This document shows, one piece after another, positions 19,811 to 28,330 of a stretch of 28,330 bases of DNA; the first letter of the stretch is position 1, and each line of letters starts with the position of its first letter. The stretch lies in the NCBI GenBank assembly GCA_027492035.1, contig JAOZFT010000009.1, positions 1 to 28,330 of the forward strand. Direction: 5' to 3'. This DNA comes from Thermoproteota archaeon (GTDB lineage Archaea; Korarchaeota; JAOZGF01; JAOZFZ01). The notes below the pieces were generated by a model, which was not told the DNA's origin, searched no databases, and was given only the letters and a program-made list of their open reading frames with translations. The translations under genes were made by a program, and so were the position numbers.

Positions 19811-19980
19811 ATAAAAGAAATGTACGTTGCTGGGTTAAAATTTAGCGGGTCACTTTCACATGGGATAGATGTGATGCAAAAGAACTGTTAACAAAGGAAC
19901 TAGATGAAAGCTTAAAAATCTTCTAAAGGAAACTAAAAACTTTAGATCCAAACAACATAATGAACCCGAGTGTCCTCTCC
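19811..19980 (+). pseudogene. C-terminal fragment of an FAD-linked oxidase (GlcD-like)
   Basis: GSLSHGID.../KELLTKELDESLKIF*RKLKTLDPNNIMNPS matches the 'HGiG...K..lDP.nimNPg' motif. Contains a stop and a frameshift. Confidence 0.7.
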
Positions 19981-20363
19981 CAAACCCTTTTTTACCAGGA
20001 ACCGTTAAAACCTGTTTTTAAACATTTTCAATAAGGAGTCATGCTTTCACATGGAAAACTCGCGGTATTCGCATTTAAACTGGAATTTTTAATGTTAAAC
20101 TTTTATAAATTTCTCCATGAAAACTGCACCGAAACCAGATAAATTCTCACCAATTAATTTAACCCTGTCTCTAACTTCTTTAATGTTCTTCGCCATTTTA
20201 GGTGTAATGTGTAATATTCATGTTCCTTCTAATCTCTCCAATACCAGTTTTAACCCTCATCTGGGATTTTGTGGCCACCGTGCACATGACATTTTCTCGA
20301 TACTCATGGAAGCCATAAATAAGGCTGGAACCCTTGTCTCCAACAGAATTAGAGGAGAATGTG

Positions 20364-20771
20364 TTAAGACTTTACAATTATTGGTTCCTCCTCAAAACTT
20401 TCCCCGTCCCAGACATAAGCTTTAACTCCATCTTTATCAAGAGAAACAATTACATAAATGTAGCCTTTATAACAAGCTTTTTCCTTATCCATAGGGGAGG
20501 GAGTTGCTTCACGGCAGATGTGGCTGTGGTAGAAACCTAGAACCTTTAATCCTCCTTCTTCTGATTCTTTAAAGGCTCTTAAAAGGGTTTCAGGGTCTAT
20601 TTCGTATTTAATAGGGGATCTTAAGATGTTTGTTGCTTCGTAAATCCTTAAAGCCATCCTTTTATCCCCTGAACATTTTCCAACAATTACGCCGCAGGCT
20701 TCTAAGGGCTTCTTAACCTTGCAATCATTAATCATTGATTTAAAGACTTCCTTCTCAAATATCAAAACCAA
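20364..20771 (-). CDS. JAMM/MPN+ metalloprotease (desampylase/Mec-like)
   Basis: EACG plus an intact HSH-x7-S-x2-D motif (YHSHICREATPSPMD). Confidence 0.92.
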   Translation of the reverse strand: MVLIFEKEVFKSMINDCKVKKPLEACGVIVGKCSGDKRMALRIYEATNILRSPIKYEIDPETLLRAFKESEEGGLKVLGFYHSHICREATPSPMDKEKACYKGYIYVIVSLDKDGVKAYVWDGESFEEEPIIVKS

Positions 20772-20883
20772 TTTCTTTACCCCTAGGAAAGGATTGTTTA
20801 ACGTACAGATATCGCTAAGTTGAGACAGTTATTGAGTCCTCGATGTGCATGTTTGGATGCAAGGTTAACTAAGTTGGCAGCTT

Positions 20884-21414
20884 TTAAAGAATTTTAGAGG
20901 AGGCTGCTTTTTTGTATATTTTGTTTGCTACGGAAGAGTAATAGTTTGCGCTTCCCTTTATTAGTTTTTTTAGTTTTTCGTCCACTGTTTTAATTATTTT
21001 TGCTGGTACACCTGCTACAACTACTCCTCCGGGTATTTTTGTTTTTGCTTTAACTACTGAACCTGCAGCTACTATGCTCCAGCTTCCTATTTCTACTTCT
21101 TCTAAAATTGTGGAGTTCATCCCTATCAAAACATTGTTTCCAGTTTTGTAACCGTGGAATATGACTCCATGTCCTAAGGTGACAGAGTCACCGATGACCA
21201 TTTCTTGGAGTGGGTCGACATGGAGTACACAATTGTCTTGTATGTTTACTTTTTTGCCGATTTTTATTTTGTTGTTATCCCCCCTTAAGACAGCATTAAA
21301 CCATACACTGCTTTCTTCACCTATTTCAACGTCTCCAATTATTACTGCTGTTTCAGCGATGAAGCAAGAGGGATGAATTCGAGGCTTTTTCCCGTTTATT
21401 GTTAAGATAACCAT
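20884..21414 (-). CDS. Gamma-class carbonic anhydrase family protein (YrdA-like)
   Basis: Hexapeptide repeats, LRGD and IQDN, and three Zn-binding His (VLHVD, LGHGVIFHG). ATG at 21414 follows GGAGTG. Confidence 0.92.
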   Translation of the reverse strand: MVILTINGKKPRIHPSCFIAETAVIIGDVEIGEESSVWFNAVLRGDNNKIKIGKKVNIQDNCVLHVDPLQEMVIGDSVTLGHGVIFHGYKTGNNVLIGMNSTILEEVEIGSWSIVAAGSVVKAKTKIPGGVVVAGVPAKIIKTVDEKLKKLIKGSANYYSSVANKIYKKAASSKIL

Positions 21415-21431
21415 TTCGGTCACTCCTGAAT

Positions 21432-21773
21432 TCAATGTTTTACTTCCCTTACTTCTTTCACTTCTCCTTTAGCTGTTAAAATCAACGGCCTAGATTCCGT
21501 TAACGACTGTATTATTTTTCTCCTGGCTGAGCTGGCAAGTCTCCAAATGGTGCCTCTTGAGGTGCCCATTTTTTCAGCTGCTTGCTCCTGTGTTAAACCT
21601 TCTAGATCCATTAAGCGTAGGACTTCGTATTCTGGATAAGTTAGCTCTATTGGGTCAGGGTTTAGGCAGGGGTTTGGGATGAATTCTTTGAGGTATGGGA
21701 GCGAATGTAAGATTAAACAGCTGTAAGGCCTGCCTCTACGTCTTCCTCTCCACATCCAAACCCATCTAGGCAT
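21432..21773 (-). CDS. DUF134 family putative DNA-binding protein
   Basis: GRRRGRP and EYEVLRLMDLEGLTQEQAAEKMGTSRGTIWRL..ARRKI. Confidence 0.9.
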   Translation of the reverse strand: MPRWVWMWRGRRRGRPYSCLILHSLPYLKEFIPNPCLNPDPIELTYPEYEVLRLMDLEGLTQEQAAEKMGTSRGTIWRLASSARRKIIQSLTESRPLILTAKGEVKEVREVKH

Positions 21774-21873
21774 GTTAAAGTTCCTCTTTATTTTCTCAAG
21801 GGTTGAAAGAATTTTTCCTTTTTTCTAAAAAAGCTTTTTTGATTTAAATTTTTTCTGAAAAATTTCCTCTTTT

Positions 21874-23283
21874 TCATTGGATTTTGCCCAGGGAGAATTC
21901 TTCATGTAGGGCTTTAACTGCTTTTTCTCCCATTTTTTCCTCTATTACAAAGGATATGTTTAGTTCTGATGACCCTTGAGCAATCATTATTACGTTTATT
22001 CCTTTTTGGGCCACTGCTTTAAAAACTCTTGCTGCTACTCCAGGTGTTCCTTTCATCCCTTCCCCTACTACAGCTACTACACAAATGTTTTTGTCCCCTG
22101 CAACGTCTTGGATTAACCCTTCACCTAAAAAGTTTAGTTGTAGAGTAGATAATGCCTTCTCGAAATCTTTTTCAGGTATAACCATTGATATGTTGAGTTC
22201 TGAAACGCTTTGACTTATCATTAAAATGTTTATTTTGTTTCTTCCAAGTGAGTTAAATATTTTTGCTGCTGTACCTGGTTTCCCTATCATTCCTGGTCCT
22301 TTAACGTTTATTAAACCAACGTTTCTGATCAGGGTGACTGCTTTAACTATTTCCCCCCTCCTGATTTTTCTTTTTTTCAAAATGAGTGTTCCTGGTTCTT
22401 CTGGCTTGAAAGCGTTTTTTATTCTTACTGGTATGTTTGCTTTTAGTGCTGGTTCCAAAGCTTTTGGGTGCATTTTTTTAGCTCCTAAAACAGCCATTTC
22501 AGTTGCCTCAAGGAATGAAATTTCACGTATTGTTTTTGCTGAAGGAACAATTGCAGGGTCTGCTGTCATTAAACCATTTACGTCTGTCCAGAGCCAGATT
22601 TCATCAGCTTCCAGTGAGCAACCCAGTAGAGTGGCTGTGAAATCTGACCCTCCCCTGCCTAAAGTTGTTATTTCACCTTCTTGGGTTGCAGCAATGAAAC
22701 CTGCAACTACAGGGATTTCCCCTTTTTCCAGCAATGGTTGAAGGTTCCTTTTTACGTTGTATTTTGTCAGGTTGATGAGGGGGTTTGCTTCACCGAAGTT
22801 TGAATCTGTGATTATGCCTGCTTCCCAACCTGTGAAAAGTTTCGTTTTTAAGCCCTTTTCTTTTAGGAAACCGTGAAGTAGTAGAGTTGACATTCTTTCT
22901 CCGAAGGACATTAAGTAGTCTTTGGATCTTGGGGTTAGTTCACCTAGGAAATAAATGCCTGAAGCTACTTTTTGAAGGTCGTTAATCAGTGTTTTCAGTT
23001 TGTTGTTGATTTCTTCCCTTATTTCTTTTTTAGTTAAACCTCTTTCAGTTATTTCTGTGTGTTGTGTTTCCAATTCCTGGATTAATTTGTTTTTTAGGTT
23101 ACTGTTCCTTTTTAAGGCATGGTTTGATAATGTTATTAATTTGTCTGTTACTCCTTTTAGGGCTGAAGCAACAACTACTACTTTTTTTCCTTCAGAGAAG
23201 GTTTTTTCTATTATGAAGCTTGCTCTTTTGAAGTCTTCAGTGCCTCTAAGAACTGAACCACCGAATTTCATAACAACTAACAT
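21874..23283 (-). CDS. lysC: Aspartate kinase
   Basis: MKFGGS, SFGERMS, TLGRGGSDFTA, WTDVNG and two C-terminal ACT domains. Confidence 0.97.
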   Translation of the reverse strand: MLVVMKFGGSVLRGTEDFKRASFIIEKTFSEGKKVVVVASALKGVTDKLITLSNHALKRNSNLKNKLIQELETQHTEITERGLTKKEIREEINNKLKTLINDLQKVASGIYFLGELTPRSKDYLMSFGERMSTLLLHGFLKEKGLKTKLFTGWEAGIITDSNFGEANPLINLTKYNVKRNLQPLLEKGEIPVVAGFIAATQEGEITTLGRGGSDFTATLLGCSLEADEIWLWTDVNGLMTADPAIVPSAKTIREISFLEATEMAVLGAKKMHPKALEPALKANIPVRIKNAFKPEEPGTLILKKRKIRRGEIVKAVTLIRNVGLINVKGPGMIGKPGTAAKIFNSLGRNKINILMISQSVSELNISMVIPEKDFEKALSTLQLNFLGEGLIQDVAGDKNICVVAVVGEGMKGTPGVAARVFKAVAQKGINVIMIAQGSSELNISFVIEEKMGEKAVKALHEEFSLGKIQ

Positions 23284-23290
23284 CTCTACT

Positions 23291-24325
23291 TCACCTTACC
23301 ATCCTCATCATTAACTCCCTCTTTATTGAGATCAAATCCCTTATTACGGAGTTGGCTGTGGCTAACCCACCCGACCCTGGACCTATAATTGTTTTGTTTC
23401 CTGAAATTTCTGATTTGAACATTACAGCGTTTAAGACTCCTTTAACGTTTAAGGGGTTATTTAAAGATATTTTTGATGGTTTAACTTCTATTTTTTCCTC
23501 TATTGACCCTATTAATTTGATTGTGTAACCTTTTTTCAGGTTTTCGGTTAATTCTTCCTTTTCAATGCCTCTTATGCCTTTGATTTTAACGTTTTTTAGA
23601 GTGACTTCTTTGTCCATTACCCAGTTAGCTAAAATAACAAGTTTAAAAGCTGTGTCTAAGCCGTCTATATCAAGTGAAGGATTCTCTTCACAGTACCCCA
23701 ATTTTTTAGCTTTTAATAAAGCATTGTGGAAGGATTCACCTTTCTCCATTTCGGTTAAAATAAAATTGGTTGTGCCATTAAGTACACCCTTAATTGAAAT
23801 TATTTTTTCACCCTGCAGACATTCTTTTCCGAAGTTTAGGATGGGTGTTCCTCCACCTACTGTGCCACTGAACCTTAAAAGGACAGAGTTGTGTTCTGCT
23901 AAATCCATTAAGGCTGGTAAAGCTAAAACTAGAGGTACTTTGTTTGTTGTAACCACGTTTTTGCCTGTTTTTAAAGCTGTTGTAATGTTTGAGAACCCTG
24001 GCTCACCTGTTGAAAGGTCGTTGGCTGAGGTTACTTCAACAACTACTTCAGCCTCTGTTTCTTCAATGACTTCTTGGCATAAAACCTCCTTTACTCCTTT
24101 TTCCGGGTATGAAGCCACTGTTCCTTTAATTTTTTTTGTTTTTATTAATTTTTCAGGGTTTAAACCTTCCTTTTCTATAGCTGCTCCTCCTCTGTCAATT
24201 ACAGCAACTACTTTGATCGGTAAACCATATTTTTCACGCAGCCAGTTCATTCTGTTTTTTAGAAGTGAAACTAAGCTTTGTCCAACTGCTCCAAACCCGG
24301 CAATTATTAGACGCAAATTTTTCAC
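23291..24325 (-). CDS. hom: Homoserine dehydrogenase
   Basis: GFGAVG, VVTTNK, SGTVGGGTP, GVLNGTTNFIL, DIDGLD..K and GPGSGG..TA. Confidence 0.97.
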   Translation of the reverse strand: MKNLRLIIAGFGAVGQSLVSLLKNRMNWLREKYGLPIKVVAVIDRGGAAIEKEGLNPEKLIKTKKIKGTVASYPEKGVKEVLCQEVIEETEAEVVVEVTSANDLSTGEPGFSNITTALKTGKNVVTTNKVPLVLALPALMDLAEHNSVLLRFSGTVGGGTPILNFGKECLQGEKIISIKGVLNGTTNFILTEMEKGESFHNALLKAKKLGYCEENPSLDIDGLDTAFKLVILANWVMDKEVTLKNVKIKGIRGIEKEELTENLKKGYTIKLIGSIEEKIEVKPSKISLNNPLNVKGVLNAVMFKSEISGNKTIIGPGSGGLATANSVIRDLISIKRELMMRMVR

Positions 24326-24542
24326 ACCTAGTGGAGAAGGGTTAAGGAGAAGTTTTATTGCGTTTTAAAAAGTATTTATTTTTAAAGGTATTTAATGTGT
24401 CATGGAAAAGCATTTTTCAAAGCATGTTTTTTGTATAAGTTTTCATAGAAGGTTTTTCACAAAGGTTTTGCAGAGTTTTTGTAGAAGGGCTTTCGCCTTG
24501 TTTTGAAAGTGAAGGTAAGGGTGGTAGGGAGAGGGGTTTTTC

Positions 24543-26438
24543 TTGGGCAGTGAAAACAGGGGTTCAAAGAGCAAAATAACTCACTTAAGAAGAGAAATAA
24601 GTTTGTTAGGCTCTTTTTCGATGGGTTTCGCGGATGTAGGCGCTGACGTGTTCGTTGCAATAGGACTAGTGGCTGCTTACGCTGCAGGTTTCTCACCCTT
24701 AGCTTTCCTGATTGCTTCAATATGTTACGTTACCACAGGCCTTGTTTATTCTGAATTAACTGTTATTTATCCCTATGCCGGCGGGGCTCAGATTTATGGG
24801 ATGAGGGCTAAAGGGGATGCTTTAGGTTTCTTGGCTGGGTGGGCGATAATGTTAGATTACGTTCTTGACATAGGTCTCTTCTCTATTGCTTCAGCTGGTT
24901 ATTTAAGTTTTCTTTTCCCTATTTTGCAGAGAAACATTATTTTTTTCCCCCATACATGTCTCGAAATTGCTTTTTCAGGCATAGGGTTAACTGCCTTCCT
25001 AATAACTTTAACTCTGATAGGGATTAATGTTTTAGGTATAAAAGAGTCTTCTTTTCTGAATCAAGTGTTAGTTGTTTTAACTTTAATTGTTGAAGCACTT
25101 GTTTTGATTTCAGGTTTCCTTTTTGTTTTTAAAACAAGTAGTTTCCTGAAAAACTTCGTTGTTTTCGGTTCACCTGTCAAGCACAGAGAAGTTTTTTATG
25201 TTGGGTTTGGAAACGTGAAAAATGAAAACATAATTTACAGCGTCACTTTAGCCATGAGCAGCTTTATAGGGATAGAATCTATTGCCCAAGCTGCTGAAGA
25301 AACAAAGAAACCTGCCAAATTTCTGCCTGAAGCTTTTAAGTTGTCAATAATAGCTGTTATTTTATTCACTTTAAGTTTTTCAGTTCTAGGTTTAGGGACT
25401 CTCGGCTGGAAAGGTTTAAGTGAGGCTGTTTACAACCCAGTAGCCAAAATTTCTTCAATGGTACCTGGTGTAGGGACATATCTCTCCAAATTCGTTGCTT
25501 TGGTTGCTTTCGCCATCTGTGTAGTTTCAACCAATACAGGAGTTATAGGTGTTTCCAGAGTTATTTATTCAATGAGTAGATATAATCTTTTCCCTCTCTG
25601 GTTTAGTAAACTCCATGAAGTTAGGGCTACACCTGTCAGAAGCATAGTGATTTTTGGTTTGTTAGGGGGGTTACTTGCTTTACTTGGGAGAATAGGGTTT
25701 GTAGCTAGCTTATACAATTACGGAGCTGTTTTATCTTATGTTTTAGTGAATTTCTCCCACATTGTTTTGAGAGGAGTTGATAAAGATGCTTACAGGCCAT
25801 GGAAAACTCCTTTAAACTTTAAATTCAGGGGGAAAGAAGTGTCTCTTGTTTCGGCCCTTGGTTTAGTTTCAACTTCAGCAATGTTCAGTTTAATTCTTTT
25901 GTTCCATCCAACTGGGAGAGTGCTTGGAACTGTTTGGATGGCAACAGGATTCTTAGTTTACGTTGTTTTACGTAAAAGAATTAAATTACCTGTGTTTGGA
26001 AGAGTTTCAGCTGAAAAAATAAAACCTGCCTTGCCTGTGATTAAGACAGGGATATACGTCCCTTTTTACATGCCAAGTGAAAAAGTTGTTGTAACTGTGG
26101 AGCAAAACTTGAGGAAACTTAACGAAATATATTTGTTAACTGTGCTTACCCCAGAGGAATTAAAGGTTAGAAGGTACAGCGAAATAGAGAAGTTAAGTGA
26201 GGAGACAGGGAAGAGTTTAAGAGAAGCCTGTAAAAAGTTGAGACGTAGGGGGTATAGATGTGAAGCTCAAGTGGTGATAGGGGAAAGGAACAGAGAAGTA
26301 ATTAATTTCTCTGAAAAGACAGGATTAGATGAAATGGTTTTTGTAGGGATTAGGAAACGTAGAGGAATAATTAAACCCGAAAAATACGATGAAATAAGAA
26401 GGAAGGTTAGGGTTCGTTTCTTCAAGGAAATAATTTAG
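24543..26438 (+). CDS. APC-superfamily transporter (KimA/KUP-like acidic residues) with C-terminal USP-like domain
   Basis: About 12 TM helices; YSEL...YPYAGG, WAIMLDY, FIGIESIAQAAEE and SRVIYSMSR; ~140 aa soluble alpha/beta tail. Confidence 0.88.
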   Translation: MGSENRGSKSKITHLRREISLLGSFSMGFADVGADVFVAIGLVAAYAAGFSPLAFLIASICYVTTGLVYSELTVIYPYAGGAQIYGMRAKGDALGFLAGWAIMLDYVLDIGLFSIASAGYLSFLFPILQRNIIFFPHTCLEIAFSGIGLTAFLITLTLIGINVLGIKESSFLNQVLVVLTLIVEALVLISGFLFVFKTSSFLKNFVVFGSPVKHREVFYVGFGNVKNENIIYSVTLAMSSFIGIESIAQAAEETKKPAKFLPEAFKLSIIAVILFTLSFSVLGLGTLGWKGLSEAVYNPVAKISSMVPGVGTYLSKFVALVAFAICVVSTNTGVIGVSRVIYSMSRYNLFPLWFSKLHEVRATPVRSIVIFGLLGGLLALLGRIGFVASLYNYGAVLSYVLVNFSHIVLRGVDKDAYRPWKTPLNFKFRGKEVSLVSALGLVSTSAMFSLILLFHPTGRVLGTVWMATGFLVYVVLRKRIKLPVFGRVSAEKIKPALPVIKTGIYVPFYMPSEKVVVTVEQNLRKLNEIYLLTVLTPEELKVRRYSEIEKLSEETGKSLREACKKLRRRGYRCEAQVVIGERNREVINFSEKTGLDEMVFVGIRKRRGIIKPEKYDEIRRKVRVRFFKEII

Positions 26439-26488
26439 AAAGAACTATAGAAAAAATTTTGGAAATGTTTTGAAAACGGAGGTGTAAA

Positions 26489-26734
26489 ATGTTGAAGGTT
26501 ATTTTGGAAATAGTAATTGAACCAAGGTACTTGGATAAAGTTTGTGAAGAATTGCTTAAAATTAAGGAGTTGAAACTTCTTTATGAAATAACTGGAGAAT
26601 TTGATTTACATGCAGAGGTTGAAGTTGAGTCTATAGATAAATTCAGAAAAATACTTAATGACAAAATATTTAGGATACCTGGAATAAAAACAACTGTTAG
26701 TTCTGTTGTTTTAGAGGTAAAGAAGAAGGAATGA
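26489..26734 (+). CDS. Stand-alone Lrp/AsnC ligand-binding (RAM) domain protein
   Basis: LYEITGEFDLHAEV...IPGIKTTVSS, no HTH, GGAGGTG SD. Confidence 0.9.
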   Translation: MLKVILEIVIEPRYLDKVCEELLKIKELKLLYEITGEFDLHAEVEVESIDKFRKILNDKIFRIPGIKTTVSSVVLEVKKKE

Positions 26735-27159
26735 ACGAAATAGAAAGGAAGGTTTTGGTTCCTATAGGGTTAGAAACAAAGGCTGAAGATGTTTTAAAAC
26801 TTATCCTTTTCTTGAAAAACGCAGAAAAATATTTGTATGTACTGTTTACAGCTGTCAAACTGCCACCTACCACATCACTTGAAAGCGAAGAGCAACTGAT
26901 TAAACTGGATGTAACAAAAAAATTAAAGAGGAGAATAAATGAAGTTGGAAAGGAAATGGGGAAGTATGGCTTAAAAACAGAGGCTAGAATAGTTGCTTGT
27001 AGGGAAGTGTATGAAGCAATAGTTGAAGAGTCGAACCAGGGTTACGAATTAATTATTTTAGTTAAGAGAAAGAGGGTGAAACCCTTCTTTGAGAAAAGTA
27101 TATCTAGGAAAGTGATAGAGAAAACAAATATTCCCGTGCTTCTTTTAAGGTCTGAATAG
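26731..27159 (+). CDS. Universal stress protein (USP) family protein
   Basis: KVLVPI, EAIVEES..GYELIILV and SISRKVIEKTNIPVLLL. ATGA overlap with the upstream gene. Confidence 0.88.
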   Translation: MNEIERKVLVPIGLETKAEDVLKLILFLKNAEKYLYVLFTAVKLPPTTSLESEEQLIKLDVTKKLKRRINEVGKEMGKYGLKTEARIVACREVYEAIVEESNQGYELIILVKRKRVKPFFEKSISRKVIEKTNIPVLLLRSE

Positions 27160-27173
27160 GGGGGTTAAGGAAA

Positions 27174-27350
27174 ATGAAAACAGCAGAGTTATTGGAAACT
27201 TTCATAGTTTTGTTGCTAGCAGCAGTTATTGCCTTTGTATTGATGCAAGTAATATTTTTCCTTTTCAAAATAATTTTCTTCATTGTTTTATTAACGGTTA
27301 TTTTCTACTTGTTAAAAAGCAAAATAAGAAAAGTAAGTTACTGCAGATGA
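27174..27350 (+). CDS. Small (58 aa) two-TM membrane protein, absent from the ORF track
   Basis: MKTAELLETFIVLLLAAVIAFVLMQVIFFLFKIIFFIVLLTVIFYLLKSKIRKVSYCR*, starting 14 nt after the USP stop with a G-rich SD. Confidence 0.7.
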   Translation: MKTAELLETFIVLLLAAVIAFVLMQVIFFLFKIIFFIVLLTVIFYLLKSKIRKVSYCR

Positions 27351-27430
27351 GATGTCTTACTTCCAATAAAGAAGTAGAGTGTCTTCATCTAATACAGGGT
27401 CATGGGACGAGAATTGAAAACTACATAAAA

Positions 27431-27460
27431 AAAAGATATAGGAGAAAAAGATATAGGAGA
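27431..27460 (+). repeat. 15-bp direct tandem repeat AAAAGATATAGGAGA x2
   Basis: Seen directly in the intergenic region upstream of the RHH gene. Confidence 0.8.
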
Positions 27461-27709
27461 CATTGACACTGCTTCAGATACATAGGTTTAACTAAGAATT
27501 GAAAATATAAACGTAAGAAAATAAACGGTTTATATTAAAGTAATTAATTGAGAAATTATAAAATTTAATAAACATTTTATAAGAAAAATAAAGAAAATTT
27601 AAAACATAAAACTTAAAAAAAAAGAAAATGTATGAACTAACTGTCGCTTTTCTTTTTTCATTTCAGGTTTCTTCTTCATTCGATTTTATTTTAATTCTTG
27701 GGGGATGTA

Positions 27710-28120
27710 ATGAATATACTGGATGATGATGAAGTCCGCAATTCGTTAGGTGGCTCCAAAAAGACTAAAATAATTTGTGTCAGGCTCCCAAGGTACATGG
27801 TTGAAGTTATCGATTACATAAAGAAGAAGAGGGGGTTTATGAGTAGAAGTGAATTCGTGAGAACAGCCTTAACTTACTACATGCATGATGGCCCTACCAT
27901 GAATGATGAGAAAGTTTGGATATCGCTTTTGAAAGGGGATACTAGAATGGTTTCTGTTAGGTTGCCTGTTAAAAAAGTTATTGAGCTGAAGGTTTTCATG
28001 AAAAAGAACCGTAACAAAGTTAGAAACCGTTCAACCCTTATTAAACATGCATTAGCTTGTTATATTTCTATTTATTACCCAGAAGTTTTGACAGAGATAA
28101 CGCAGCAGTTAGAAACTTAG
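27710..28120 (+). CDS. Tandem ribbon-helix-helix (CopG/NikR-like) DNA-binding protein
   Basis: Two RHH units: KIICVRLP...SRSEFVRTAL and RMVSVRLP...NRSTLIKHAL. Confidence 0.8.
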   Translation: MNILDDDEVRNSLGGSKKTKIICVRLPRYMVEVIDYIKKKRGFMSRSEFVRTALTYYMHDGPTMNDEKVWISLLKGDTRMVSVRLPVKKVIELKVFMKKNRNKVRNRSTLIKHALACYISIYYPEVLTEITQQLET

Positions 28121-28178
28121 AAACTTGCTTAAGGGATAATTAGGAAGTTTCTCGGTGCTTTTCTGTTTTGTGCTGAAT

Positions 28179-28330
28179 TTAGGGTATTTCTTTTGCCCTT
28201 TCTAGTTTTTTAATTGTTATTATGGGGAAGTACTTAGCCTCTGCATCCTTTAAATCGTTTGTGAAAGAAATTTCCTCTTTTCCATCTTCAACCTTGTACT
28301 TAGCAAATTTTTTCTTAACGGTTTCCTCCA
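28179..28330 (-). CDS. C-terminal end of a gene that starts beyond the window
   Basis: Open frame from the edge: EETVKKKFAKYKVEDGKEEISFTNDLKDAEAKYFPIITIKKLERAKEIP*. Confidence 0.5.
   Translation of the reverse strand, partial: EETVKKKFAKYKVEDGKEEISFTNDLKDAEAKYFPIITIKKLERAKEIP

Noticed and set aside
20117-20425. 102-aa plus-strand ORF with one hydrophobic stretch
   Set aside because: No motif or clear SD, and it overlaps the 3' end of the JAMM gene. It cannot be supported, though it is not excluded.
22226-22741. 171-aa plus-strand ORF (also 23000-23314)
   Set aside because: Antisense shadow of lysC.
23565-24368. 267-aa plus-strand ORF
   Set aside because: Antisense shadow of hom, with no recognisable motif.
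1-28330. CRISPR array, tRNA or rRNA
   Set aside because: No regularly spaced repeats, cloverleaf/T-loop patterns or long GC-rich structured tracts were seen.

Overview
AT-rich archaeal genomic DNA, most consistent with a TACK-group archaeon (Bathyarchaeia/Thermoproteota-like). This is inferred from the SGTVGGGTP-type homoserine dehydrogenase, GGAGGTG/GAGGTG Shine-Dalgarno motifs, frequent TTG/GTG starts, an archaeal ATPase, a thiolase-DUF35 pair and a JAMM protein. The right half holds mostly housekeeping genes: DUF355 adenosine-specific kinase, MFS transporter, thiolase/DUF35, SIMPL, JAMM, gamma-carbonic anhydrase, DUF134, lysC and hom. It also has an operon of an APC/KimA-like transporter, a Lrp ligand-binding protein and a USP, followed by a tandem-RHH regulator. 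The left half is accessory. It carries an archaeal ATPase, a lipoprotein-CruF pair and an uncharacterised zinc-ribbon-rich membrane cluster (5417-10306), which is the best candidate for an undescribed system. Many apparent intergenic stretches are decayed genes that the ORF track misses: two VapC, one VapB, MmgE/PrpD, a retropepsin-like gene, DUF2178, an IS6 transposase and an FAD oxidase. No tRNA, rRNA or CRISPR array was seen. All family calls come from motif recognition by eye, not database searches.
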